DNA of 64,000 nucleotides from Hypanus sabinus (taxonomy: Eukaryota): assembly GCF_030144855.1 (NCBI RefSeq), contig NC_082719.1, positions 54,932,001-54,996,000 on the forward strand, in the 5' to 3' direction. A program made the translations under genes and the position numbers. The notes under the pieces were generated by a model. That model saw only the letters and a program-made list of their open reading frames with translations, ran no database searches and was not told where the DNA came from. Positions 13,401-24,400 of this stretch are shown here, in pieces (position 1 is the stretch's first letter; each line of letters opens with the position of its first letter).

Positions 13401-14634
13401 CTTACTTGGAAGTTGTCTAAATCTTGCTGCACCAAACGTCCAGAAACCATAACAACTGTCCTTTGTGCAAGACATACATCCCGTTAGTGAAGGAAATAAA
13501 GAACAAGAGAAAATACAAGGATAAATCTAAGATATTTGTGTGAGAGAAAGCTTGTGTGTAGAGAACTATTTGGTTGAAATAGTATGTTCCACATGATCAA
13601 TAACTAGATTACATAGGAGGGATCTAATACACGTGGTCAGAACATTGCTCCGGAAAACAGACCATAAAAATTAGTTTAATTGTAAGGGAAATTTTTCATC
13701 CAAACACCGGAATGCAACTTTCTTTATATACACAGGACTGGCACTGCAAGTGTATGAAACTGCACTAACTTAATAAAACTCCCCCATTCAGTTAAAGGAT
13801 GTAGGGATAGGGCAGGAAAACGGTGCTTGAAGCTGTTAACTTTGTTGCATTTAACAGTATGAACGAGTTGCAATAGATTCAACCAAGGGGCCAAAATGTT
13901 TAAATGCATTTTACTGCAAATATTTAATATTGCTACTGCACTGACAAATGTGGAATAAGTTTATAGGAAGCTGATTTTCACTGAACAAACCACTCAGTTC
14001 GCAAATAGTAGCAGTTAATTTTTCCCCTGGCGTTAAATACCGGCAAAGTACAGCCAGTTTTAATGCCACATTCAATAATGTCAAATTAGTCCAGAGATAA
14101 CATTACCTCTACTTCCTCTTTCCACAAAGGTTGTTGGATCTGCTTTTGATCGAATTTCAGCACATGCGTGACTGCTTTTGCAGTGAAAATATATAACTCG
14201 GAAAAAAACTACCCGCCCCATATAATTAAATAGCATCAAGAAGATCAACCAGAAGGTTTTAAGGCTTGAAAAGTTTCTCTGCCTACACACGCCACCCGAT
14301 TAATTACGTAACCTTACAGTCTGGTTTGGTTTCGGGATCTCCAACAACTGCAAAACCTAACGAGTTCGTGCAAAGACTGGAACAAAAAGAAAACAGATAT
14401 CAGAAGGGCATTTCCCCACTGTAAAACTACAGAATGAGCGCATCCGTCTGCAGAGGCTCATTTTGCAATCTGCAGCAGAGAGGGACCGGGCTGGGCCAGC
14501 GCTTACCTGTGCTGCAACGCTACCAGTCCCAGGGCGATAACGTGCGGGACGTTCAGATGGGTCGGCCACGTGCCGGCCGCCACACAACCGAACACGCCGC
14601 ACTCCTCACCGATGCCCGACTCTTCAAACTCCAT
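1247..14634 (-). CDS. PPAT: Amidophosphoribosyltransferase, 5' part of gene (coding exons 1-3; gene continues off the left edge)
   Basis: Spliced exons 14634-14507, 6212-6146 and 1453-1247 with GT-AG boundaries join in frame: [16 protein letters not shown] (propeptide then catalytic Cys of the Ntn hydrolase)...[13 protein letters not shown]...GMGLV...GIGHTRYST...[22 protein letters not shown]. Confidence 0.97.
2780..3180 (-). mobile_element. CR1 LINE 3' end fragment
   Basis: Reverse-complement similarity to the CR1 3' end at 10950-11390. Confidence 0.7.
3330..5960 (+). mobile_element. Degenerate CR1 LINE endonuclease region interrupted by a Penelope-derived element and the hAT
   Basis: CR1 EN-like motifs (gccattacagag, gttgtcatggggga, aactggga...ttagtg|aaaaacc...cttgttaggtgcatcagg) resume on the far side of the hAT TSD. 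Confidence 0.7.
4036..5766 (-). mobile_element. hAT DNA transposon (Charlie/SPIN/GTF2IRD2-like transposase), internally deleted and partly inverted
   Basis: Left TIR CAGGGGTCAGCAACC; 8-bp TSD TCTTAGTG at 4028-4035 and 5767-5774. N-terminal zinc finger (PVCLIC...NVARHF) and C-terminal dimerisation domain ([12 protein letters not shown]) on minus; middle segment (FTDGEYIKE...SIACDES) on plus. Confidence 0.92.
6146..6212 (-). CDS. PPAT: PPAT coding exon 2 (67 nt)
   Basis: Not in the ORF track; reads (R)[22 protein letters not shown] between a CAG acceptor and a GTATG donor. Confidence 0.94.
9757..11392 (+). mobile_element. CR1 LINE RT fragment nested in an older LINE fragment (9465-9757, 11400-11540)
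   Basis: [41 protein letters not shown] and SVLGP motifs; the counterpart at 32267-33195 lacks the middle. Confidence 0.9.
11655..11940 (-). mobile_element. SINE fragment (also at ~33460-33710, ~18240-18515, ~47240-47495)
   Basis: Recurrent core ggactgtgggagga..ccagagcaccc.gaggaaaccca found at several loci in the window. Confidence 0.6.
12200..12702 (-). mobile_element. Non-autonomous Tc1/mariner-like element fragment
   Basis: Terminus cctaataaagtggc and Tc1-like internal sequence; missing from copy 2 because of a larger deletion. Confidence 0.6.
14507..14634 (-). CDS. PPAT: PPAT coding exon 1 (128 nt)
   Basis: ATG at 14634; [43 protein letters not shown]; donor GTAAGC follows. Confidence 0.96.
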
Positions 14635-15260
14635 AACTTCGCCCAACTCCCTCCCTCCCTCCCTCCCAGAGTAGTACCTCTGCGACTCTGACGGCAACTA
14701 CCGGGAGAGGGGGAAAATAAAACACACACAGATAGTTGCCCAACCGGACCGACACTCGCGCGTTCTGTTATGAAGAGAGTTTGCCCGCTGTTCCCGCCCC
14801 CACGACGCATGCGCGGCCCAGGAAGCTGGACTGCACCAACTCTTTGCGGGAGCACTCGGCGCGAATGAATGCCAAAGAAACTCTGACTTTTGCTACTGTA
14901 CTTCCGATTCAGAATCAGAACTCTTTAGAAAAAATCAATAACCTCTTCTACCCTCAATTTCAACCGTTTCCCGCACGAGTTGCTTTTGTTCCCGAAACTC
15001 TCGCCTCTTCTCCCCCCCACACAGCCGTGTTTTGGCAGAGCCCCTCCCTGTCGGGTCGGCGGGCTCTCCCCTCCCCCTCCCCGGCTCCCGCACATTTAAA
15101 CCGTGCCGCCCTGTGCTGCCACAACCGGGAGTCTAGTGGTGCTTGTCGGTAGGTAATGCCACTCGGGCCGGGAGGGCCTGCCGCCCCGCGTCCTCTTCCA
15201 CGTGCTGATGTCGGGGTGGGAGGGCCTGCTGCATCTGCTGCTCCATTTATTTGTATTTTA
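14635..15260. promoter_or_regulatory. CpG-island bidirectional promoter shared by PPAT and PAICS
   Basis: Main GC/CpG-rich block of the window, lying between divergent ATGs (14634 and 15458). Contains a GC box near 14793, NRF1-like CGCATGCGC at 14806-14814, E2F-like TTTCCCGC at 14967-14974 and E-box CACGTG at 15199-15204. Head-to-head PPAT/PAICS is established in birds and mammals. Confidence 0.85.
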
Positions 15261-15457
15261 GATAAACCCCGACCTGCTCCTTTATTCGTAGGCTGCTGGC
15301 CGGGCGTTTGCGGATTTTGCTTTGTCGCAATCGTGAGATTTGATTGAAAAGTGTGTGAACATTAGCAGTCTGAATGTTCCGTGGGTTGCGAAATGCGCGC
15401 GCAGTTAATAATTTTTTGATTTGATTTAATGTTTCAGAGTTGTAAATTTTACGCAAG

Positions 15458-15473
15458 ATGGAGAACATTGAAG
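15458..15473 (+). CDS. PAICS: PAICS copy 1 ATG exon (16 coding nt; acceptor at 15436-15437 implies an upstream non-coding exon)
   Basis: tttcag|AGTT...aagATGGAGAACATTGAAG|gtaaat; phase-1 end matches exon 2. Confidence 0.85.
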
Positions 15474-18400
15474 GTAAATGAAAAAGTTTTCCTGTTTGAT
15501 AATTTCTCCTTCGCAATGTGCCACCTTTTGATAATTGGTTACTGTATTGTCATATGTACAACTAGAAGGTTGTGCATTGTTTGCCGTGCGCAAGTTAACA
15601 AAGGTAGTTAAAAAATCAAACGAAATACTGATTATGTTGTGGTTAAAGGGAAAGTACAAGTAGACAAAAACAGTAGAAGGACTACAACGAAGTAAATTGA
15701 GCGATTGAGTTCATATGATAGGTCCGTACAAAAGTGATAACAGCGGGATAGAAACTGTCTTGAGTTGAGTGGTCTGCTCTCTCAATTTTGTGGGAGGAGA
15801 TTCTGTTGAAACGCAAAGGAAGAGGAGAAAAGTTTTGCAAACTTTAATGTTGTCTTGGACTGCTCTCTGGCGCATACCTTGAAAGTTGAGGCTGTCCTGG
15901 GAAACTGTCTCGACCAACAGCTATTACCAATCCAGCTAGAGCGACTCTAGAGTGCAGGGCTTAAACGGCCTGAAATTATTTAAAAAATGATTTGGCTATT
16001 TTAAACACAAGCTTCTACAGATGCTGGCAGTAAAATGATGGAGAAACTCAGCGAGTCAGGTAGTGTCGATGGAGGGGAATAACACCAGTTTGTACTGAGA
16101 CCCTTTATCAGGATTGGAAAGGAAGGTTAGGAAACCAGAATAAGAAGGTGGGGGGGGGGGTTCAAACAGACAGATGATAGGTGAAATAAGGTGGAGTGGG
16201 AATAGATGGAAGTGGTAAGACAGACAGACATACTTTATTGATCCCGAGGGAAATTGGGTTTCATTACAGACGCACCAACCAAGGATAGTGAAGAAATACA
16301 GCAATATAAAACCATAAATAATTAATAATAAGTTAATCGTGCCAAGTAGAAATACGTCCAGGACCAGCCTATTGGCTCAGGGTGTCTGACACTCCGAGGG
16401 AGGAGTTGTAAAGTTTGATGGCCACAGGCAGGAATGACTTCCTATGACGCTCAGTGTTGCATCTCGGTGGAATGAGTCTCTGGCTGAATGTACTCCTGTG
16501 CCTAACCAGTACATAATGGAGTGGATGGGAGTCATTGTCCAAGATGGCATGCAACTTGGACAGCATCCTCTTTTCAGACACCACCGTCAGAGTCCAGTTC
16601 CACCCCCTCCCGCCCCCAACATCACTGACCTTACGAATGAGTTTGTTGATTCTGTTGGTGTCTGCTACCCTCAGCCTGCTGCCCCAGCACGCAACAGCAA
16701 ACATGATAGCACTGACCACCACAGACTCAGAACATCCTCAGCATTGTCCGGCAGATGTTAAAGGACCTCAGTCTCCTCAGGAAATGGAGACAGCTCCGAC
16801 CCTTCTTGTAGACAGCCTCAGTGTTCTTTGACCAGTCCAGTTTATTGTCAAAGGGCTGAAGAAATAATATTGGAGGTCAGTGGTCCAGAAATGAAAGGAG
16901 GAGGGGAACCACATGGAGATGAGGTGAAAGGGTGGGTGGGAGAGTACCCAGAATGGGGAATAGGAAAAGAAGGAAGTTGGGGGGAGAGATTACCAGAAGA
17001 TGGATAAATTGATGTTCGTGCCATTGGGTTGGAGGCTGACATAATGAGTTGTTACTCCTCCAACTTGAGTTTTGCCTCATGATGGCAGTAGAGGAGGCCG
17101 TGGATAGATATGCCAGAATGGGAATGTGAAGTCAAATTGAAATGGCTAGCCATTGGAAGATCCTGCCTTTTGCTAAGTGAAGTTTCCTTTTGGACGGATT
17201 GTTTTGGTCCCTGAATGGTAGTGAGGGAAGAGGTATAGGGGCAAGAGTAGCAATTTTCCCTACCCACTGATTTCCTTCCTCTTACTTAAACACTGTAAGT
17301 ATGAAAGTGCAACACCTTGTTAAATGGACTGTTTTTCTTGACTGTAAGACTGTTTCTTCAATTTCATCCAATGATCTTTTTAAACATTTAAAGTTTAAAA
17401 AAAATTTCAGAACATAAAATAGGGAAAAAGCTGAATGAAGGAAAGACCAAGGAAGTGTATGAACTACTGGATTGTCCAGGACAAGTGTTGATCAAATCCA
17501 AGGACCAGATTACAGCTGGAAATGCAGCCAGGAAGGACCAAATGGTTGGCAAGGCTGCTATCTCTACCAAAACTACCGTGTCTGTCTTCAGACTACTGCA
17601 GGAGGCTGGTAAGAACAAAAGAGACCTTTGTTAAAACTAGATAGCTCCCTGAAAATGAAAATACACGGGGTGATGAACAATCTGTATGATAAGTTTGCCT
17701 CATCAGCCAAGACATTGGTTTGACTTCATTTAGAGTTCTGGTCAGCACACTGTAGGAAGTTAATGAGAGGATGCAGAAGAGATTCACAAGATGTTTGCCT
17801 GAATTGCAAGTCTTGAGTTATCAGGAGCAATTGGATAGGCTAGGTCTGTTTTCCTTGGAGTGAAGAAAGCTGAAAGGTGATGGGGATTAAGTGTATAAAA
17901 TTAAAAGGCGTGGCTAAGTAAGATCGCCAGTAACTTTTTTCAATGGCAAGGGCATCTAAAACTAGAAGATGTAGGTTCAAGATGAATGGGAGGAGTTTAT
18001 AAGGAGTCTGCAGGGGTAGATTTTTGTAGGCATCTGGAGGTATTGGGGGCAAGAACAGTAATGTTTAAGTCGCTTGGGCTACTACTTGAATGAGCAGGGC
18101 TTAAAGCAACATGGAATGAATACAGTAAAGTAGGATTGTTATCAACAGGCATCATGGTTGGTGTAGAAGTAATGGCCCAGGGAACCTGTTTCTAACTACA
18201 ACTGAGTAGAGGAGTGTCTTGCTGCTTATTTTTGAAGATTAGCTTACTTGTCACATACGGCATTTGCAACATAGTGAAATGTGTTGCTTTTTGCATCAGT
18301 AACCAACACATCTGAGGATTATGCTGAAGGCAGCCTGCACAGGTCACTATGCCTCTAACACCAACAACTTCTAAACCCTAAATCAAATTACTTTTGAATT

Positions 18401-21400
18401 TAGGAGGAAACTCACTGGGAAAATGTACAAACTTCTTGTAGACAGCAGTGGGAATTGAACTCTGGATGATCACAGATGCTGTAGAACATTTGCACAAATT
18501 GCTATGCTAACATGCTGATTATTCCCATTGTTCAAAGGGATAAAAACTGCTTTTGAGAAGCAGTGTGGAGAAACAGCATTTGTTGCTGCGAATTGTCACA
18601 TGATTCCAATTGAGTGGGTCTGCAGAAGAGTTGCCACTGGTTCTTTCCTGAAAAGAAATCCTGGTGTAAAAGAAGGATTTAAGTTTTTTCCTCCAAAGAT
18701 GGAAATGTTCTTAAAGGTATTTGTAATACTTTCTCCCTTGTTCTTATTTTTTTTTTGCAGTTAATCTTTATATGGGCAGTCCTTTTTAGTCTCTTTTTGC
18801 ATGAAAAAAAAACATTGTAATCATCTCTGCACTACAACATTAAATATGGTTTGAACAGTAGATTTAAATTCTAAGGCACAGAGTATTTTTAGTTACCTTT
18901 TGAGTCTCTTTTAATCTTTTGCATCCTTGAAATGTTATTTTAGAAACAATCGTAAAAAACCGGTAGAGATGATGCATGGAACCATTTTCTACAAACCTTG
19001 CAGTGTATTTATGAGCCAACAGTTAAAATAAAAAACTGATTTGGGCATAATAAACCAATGAAGTCTTCTAAGCTGTAAAATTTCATAGAGTATACAGGTG
19101 GACTCCAGGGACTCTTTTTTCCCTCAGTGATCTTATCAGATCACTCATCAGGTTGGCTTGAAGCTGCTTATGATATTTTAAAAATGCGTGATCAATAATA
19201 GATGGAATATAATCCTGCTAAGTGCAAAGGGGTGCAATCAATGAGAATACAAATAATGCAATAAATGGTTGTGCACTAGGGAGTGTGGCAGAACGGGCCT
19301 TGTCCAGGAATCCCTGAAGGAGTCAATGGTGGTAGATAAGACGTAAAAGCAGAATATAGGTGATTTCCAATGTCAGATGGGGTTTGGAACATAGGGCAGT
19401 TTCTAAGATTTAAGGGAAAAGTGTAGTTAAAAACATTATGAAGCTGTGCTTCGGCCACAGCTAGAGTTTTATGTGCAGATAGTCCCCAAGTTACGAATGT
19501 CCGACTTACAAACAACTCGTATTTACAATCTGAGGAAGGGGAATGCCATCTGCCATTTTAAGTCATTGCTGTTGACACTGTGAGTGTGTAACTTTGTATT
19601 TGGCTTAAATTTCTCATAGCAAGATTCACCCTGACTACCCCCCTTTTCCAGTCGGCTGGTGGCGCAGTGAGTTCAGTGCCGGCCTCGAGAAGGAGGTTCC
19701 CAAGTTCGAACCAGTGACAGACTGCTCCCGAACACGCCGGGTTGATGTCGAGCTCGCAACTTGAACTCGTTTTTTTTAAACAACACTGCCATCTCCAGTT
19801 TAAATTCCCACATGGAATATTGAGGAGGATCAAATACCCAACCCTAGCACAGCCCCCACTTGTCCCATCTAACCTGCAGTGGAGTTTAGGACCCAGGGAA
19901 TTCAGTACGATGGCCCTTAGGACCCAGCAGACCTCGTGAGCTGGCGGAGGCCGGGACCCGCCATCTGCAGTGTTTCTGTTCCATTGATGGGAAGAGATCA
20001 TGATTGGAAAATAAAGTTGAAATAATAAAGCGTTTGGATAGAGGTGAAACGTCATTGGAAAGCATTAGCCTGCAGTTGGTCAGTGATCAGAACAATTTTA
20101 AAGGATAAAGTGAGAATAATGGAGCATGTGAAAGGCCCTGCCCTGGTGAAAGCTACAAATATTACTAAGCAATGCAGCAGTTTAATTATTGGAATACAGG
20201 CATTTTTTAAGTGTTTTATATGCATAGAAAGGTAAAATACATACTATATACTAAGACAAATGTTTGATTAACTGATGCTAAATGATACCAGATATACTTG
20301 TTCTGACTTGTGTACAAATCTGACTTAAAGATGGACTCGGGAACGGAACTTGTTCGTAACCCAGGGACTGCCTGTATAGTTCAAATGACCACTCTCCCGG
20401 AAAGATGTAATTAAACTGAAGAGGGTACAGAAGGTTATGCTAGAATGTTGCCTGGGATGGAGCCTTTTGGTTGCTTGTTCTCCTTGGAACGGTGGCGAAA
20501 CCTAGAGAAGTATAAAGAACTGAGGGCCCTGGGTTAGGTAACAGATATACCCAAGGCTAAAGAGCATCTGATTAGGGTAAGGATAGGAGTTTAGAGGATA
20601 TCAAGTTTTTCCCCATCCTAAAGATGATTGGAATTTGCAATGGTCCCTGAAGGCAGATACTCGAGTCAAATGAGTATCTAGATCAGCATTTCAATTACCA
20701 AGACAAAGAAATCTTCTAACCAAGTGCAGGGAAATGGGATTAGTATAGATAACATAATCAGCATAAATGACCATCAGCATAAACTAATGATTTGTGCTGT
20801 ACTATTTGACTTTAGAATGAAATTATTGGTGCTGTCATTTTTATAGTGGAGGAAAATCCAAGTGCTAATATTTGACAGGTGAGCATCTTAAGAAATAAAG
20901 TGACTAGTGAGGTTGAGGGATAAATATCAAATAGGGCAGAGGATCATCACAATACTGCCAGTGGTCTTTTGAGCCTTTTGTTAAAAAGTATATTTACCTG
21001 AGAGCAAATATCTGAAGGTCAGAACCTCTAGCCATACAGAGATCCGATTGTTCTATTGTCAACCAAGACTTGGTGCTCAAGCAACAAATAGTTTAATGAA
21101 GATTGATGCTAGGAGATTTTCATGTCAAATAACTAATTTGCAAGTTTCTTTTAGGATGATGCCAACAATGATCCACAGTGGTCTGAAGAACAAGTGATTG
21201 AAGCTCATTTTAACTGTGGAGGGCTGCAAATTGAACGGTGTGAAGTAGATATCATGAATCGTACCACCTTGGCTGTGTTTGAGATATTGGAGAAGGCCTG
21301 GGCAACTCAAGACTGTACACTTGTGGATATGAAAGTAAGTAATTATCTTCCAATGTAACAAAGCAAGCTGTATTTTTTGTATGAACTTATTAATAGTTTC

Positions 21401-24400
21401 TTTTTGGTAGGTGGAATTTGGAGTTTGTGCTTCTACCAAGGAGATTTTACTTGCTGATGTGATTGACAATGACTCTTGGAGATTGTGGCCTTTAGGGGAT
21501 CGAAGTCTGCAAAAGGATAAACAGGTCGGTATTTAGTCTATAGATTTGAATTTTTTTTTACTCCCTCTGAGGAGTTGAGTGTAGCTTAAATCCCAGATCT
21601 CTATTTCACAACATGATCTCGCTCAAAGCTGCTAGATTTTGTCAGGGGCTAAGGCACCTGTTGCAAAGACAGCTGTGAAGAGATCTTGGATTGGTATAGA
21701 CTGCAGGAGAACTAAAACAAATATTGCCGTAATTGTTTTTGTCCACTATGCTGATTATTTTTAGTCTTAGTGATTTCCTTATTTGTCGGTTTTGTGTTTT
21801 ATAAAATTAAATCAATCTCACCAGTTTATTTTTCATTCATCATACAGTTCAACAATGTCTTCTAATAGAATAGTATTTCTGCTAGATTACAATTTTGAAG
21901 GGTTGGAATGCAGTGTAGATTCCTACTATGCCCTTTTTGTAAGCAATATTAGATGGATTTGGAGATTTCCGACTTCATTGTAACTTTGAAACATTGTAAA
22001 TATTCATTTTTAATCATAACTGAAGTTGATAAATTTTTATACAGTATTGAAAAATGCTTCCTACTAGAGAAGTGTCTGGTAACTTGCTGTCATTGTTGTC
22101 ATCAACTTAGTGTTCTTCAGATTTTTGCTTTGCTCATGATTACTTTTGAACTCCTGTATTGTTTTAGTGAAATGGGATTTAGCTGACTATTGTTTTCTTC
22201 ATTTAAAAATAGTGCTTTCATTTTAGTTGCTTGCTAATTGCAGACATGGTTTGCAAGAGTGTTGCCTTTGAGTTTGTATCTTAATGTTACCAGTAACTTT
22301 TTAAAAAAAGAAAAGAGAATTTAATAGTTTGTTTTTTATGGATAGGCTGTGTTCAGTTTGTATTTTTGCCTTTTAGGTTTATCGTGATCTCAAAGAAGTA
22401 ACGCCTGAAGCTATGCAAGTAGTCAAGAGAAACTTTGAATGGGTAGCAGAAAGAGTACAGGTATTTTCAAAGTTTCTTTAGTTTGTAAATCACTAAGTAT
22501 ATTTTTAATGGATGTTATCTGATTAAAGGAAGTTGCCTATGACCATGCATTGTTCAAATTTCCAGTCTTGATCATTCCATTGCTTTCTTGGATAGCCATT
22601 TATTATTTATTTTAAGCTCACTTGATACTGTCTGTAATTTCTGTGCTGGTCTGTGATAGTACCTGATCTAACAAACTTAAATTCTGGATCTATTGCTGCA
22701 TTGCAAATGCATAAAATTGTGAATGTGTTAACAGGAAAACTTTCTGAATTTGATGTTAATCTTTTGCACTAAACTGAAAGGAAAACTACATTAACATTAA
22801 TTCAAATATCCATGCAGAATCTGCTAGTGACAAACTTTTCCAAAAGAGTGGTGGTAATTATGGGATCCAGCAGTGATCTTGGCCATGGCCAAAAAATAAA
22901 ACAAGCATGTGCAAATTATGGCATACCTTGTGAACTGAGGATTTCATCAGCTCATAAGGGTACAGATGAGACATTGAAAATTAAAGCAGAATATGAAGGT
23001 AAGCAAACTTTATGATTATACATGTTGTGTCTGGGGAATGGGGGTTAAAATTCTAATTCAGATTTTGTGCTACTTTAATGGGAATTTAAAAAGCCTAATT
23101 GTGGATTTGTTTTGTTTTACAAAATATAAACACAATATAGTGTATTGCACATAGCTGGGAAGGACATTTCAAATTCATCTCACTACAAGATATGGGAATT
23201 TTTGCATTAATTAGTTGTCTTCAGCCAATTACGAGCAATGAATCTGAATTGGCTGATGCTAAACAGTTCCCACTTGCTCTGTCTAATTTTATTTGAATTT
23301 TAAATTGATCTCTGCACTGGTATTTATGGGGATATATATCAAGTGGATTCCAAAACATCTACAGGCTTGACCTTGGAATCTCATAATCTAAAAGAAAATA
23401 TCAGTTGCATTCCATTTGTATGCAGTTCTTTTTCATTCACATATTTGAACTATCACAAAGCCTGTCAGCTTAAAGAGCTGTTTAAATATACTTGTTCATG
23501 AACTACAATATTTTCTAACTTTTGCTTGTGGGTTTTTTTGCAGTCTTTAGTGATATATTTGATATACTTGAATGTTTCCCTTTTTTAGTTTTAAAATGGG
23601 AACTAAATTCTCTTGTTAGCCAGAGAGAAAAGCAAACTGGCAGAGGTTAGTAGGTGGCTTTGTTCTTCCATTCTTTCTAATTTTCTCTTACAATTCAATC
23701 AGAATTTTTTTTTCTCGTACAATTTTGTCTTCCACGAATTCCACCTTGGTTCATCAATGTCTTGTTCTAGCTGCCTCCCCAAGATTTCACCATTAACTTC
23801 TCTCTCCCTCAGAAGTTTTGACCTTTGGAAGAGGGTGGGGGAAGTATGAATGGGGAATAGACTATTGGAATCATTGATTTTTCTCCTCGAAGGTTGTGTT
23901 CTGTTTATCCAAGTCTTGAATTTTTTTTCCTAAAATTGCCAAATAGTCTTTGATACTAGCAATCCATTTTCTGTATTTGCTATTCTGAAGCATCTGCTGA
24001 GTTGCATTTAAATTGTTTTAACACTTGTTTATTTTGAAAGCCGTAACAAAATGTGGTTCTTTCTGTGTAGGTTTCCTTTGAGGAAAGACTACATAGAAAT
24101 TCCTTAACCTGAAAGGAAGACAAAAGGTTAAGGAATTTCTGGTGCAATCACTTGTGTAAGCACAATGACAATTTTTCAATTTTGCACAGATGTTAACTGA
24201 CTTGCATTTGGAGCAGAATTTATTGCTGACTTCAAGTACCTGGTGTTTTTTGATAATCAAGTACATCTACATTTATTTGCTATTGATCTTTAAAAGATCA
24301 TTGTGTTGGAAGCTAGGTTTGACCACAGTAATGTCATACCTCCAATCAAAATACTTGGGAGTTTGTGAATTTCAATCCTTTTGAGGTCTCAATGTTGAAC

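Noticed and set aside
14357-15347. Several 60-140-aa ORFs around the promoter
   Set aside because: Stop-poor frames are expected in a CpG island; only 14507-14634 matches a known protein (PPAT).
19558-20055. 165-aa minus ORF
   Set aside because: Lies inside the Tigger-like element, opposite to the transposase remnant, with no recognisable motif.
21125-21469. 114-aa minus ORF repeated at 39033-39377
   Set aside because: Antisense to PAICS exons 4-5; it is repeated only because of the segmental duplication.
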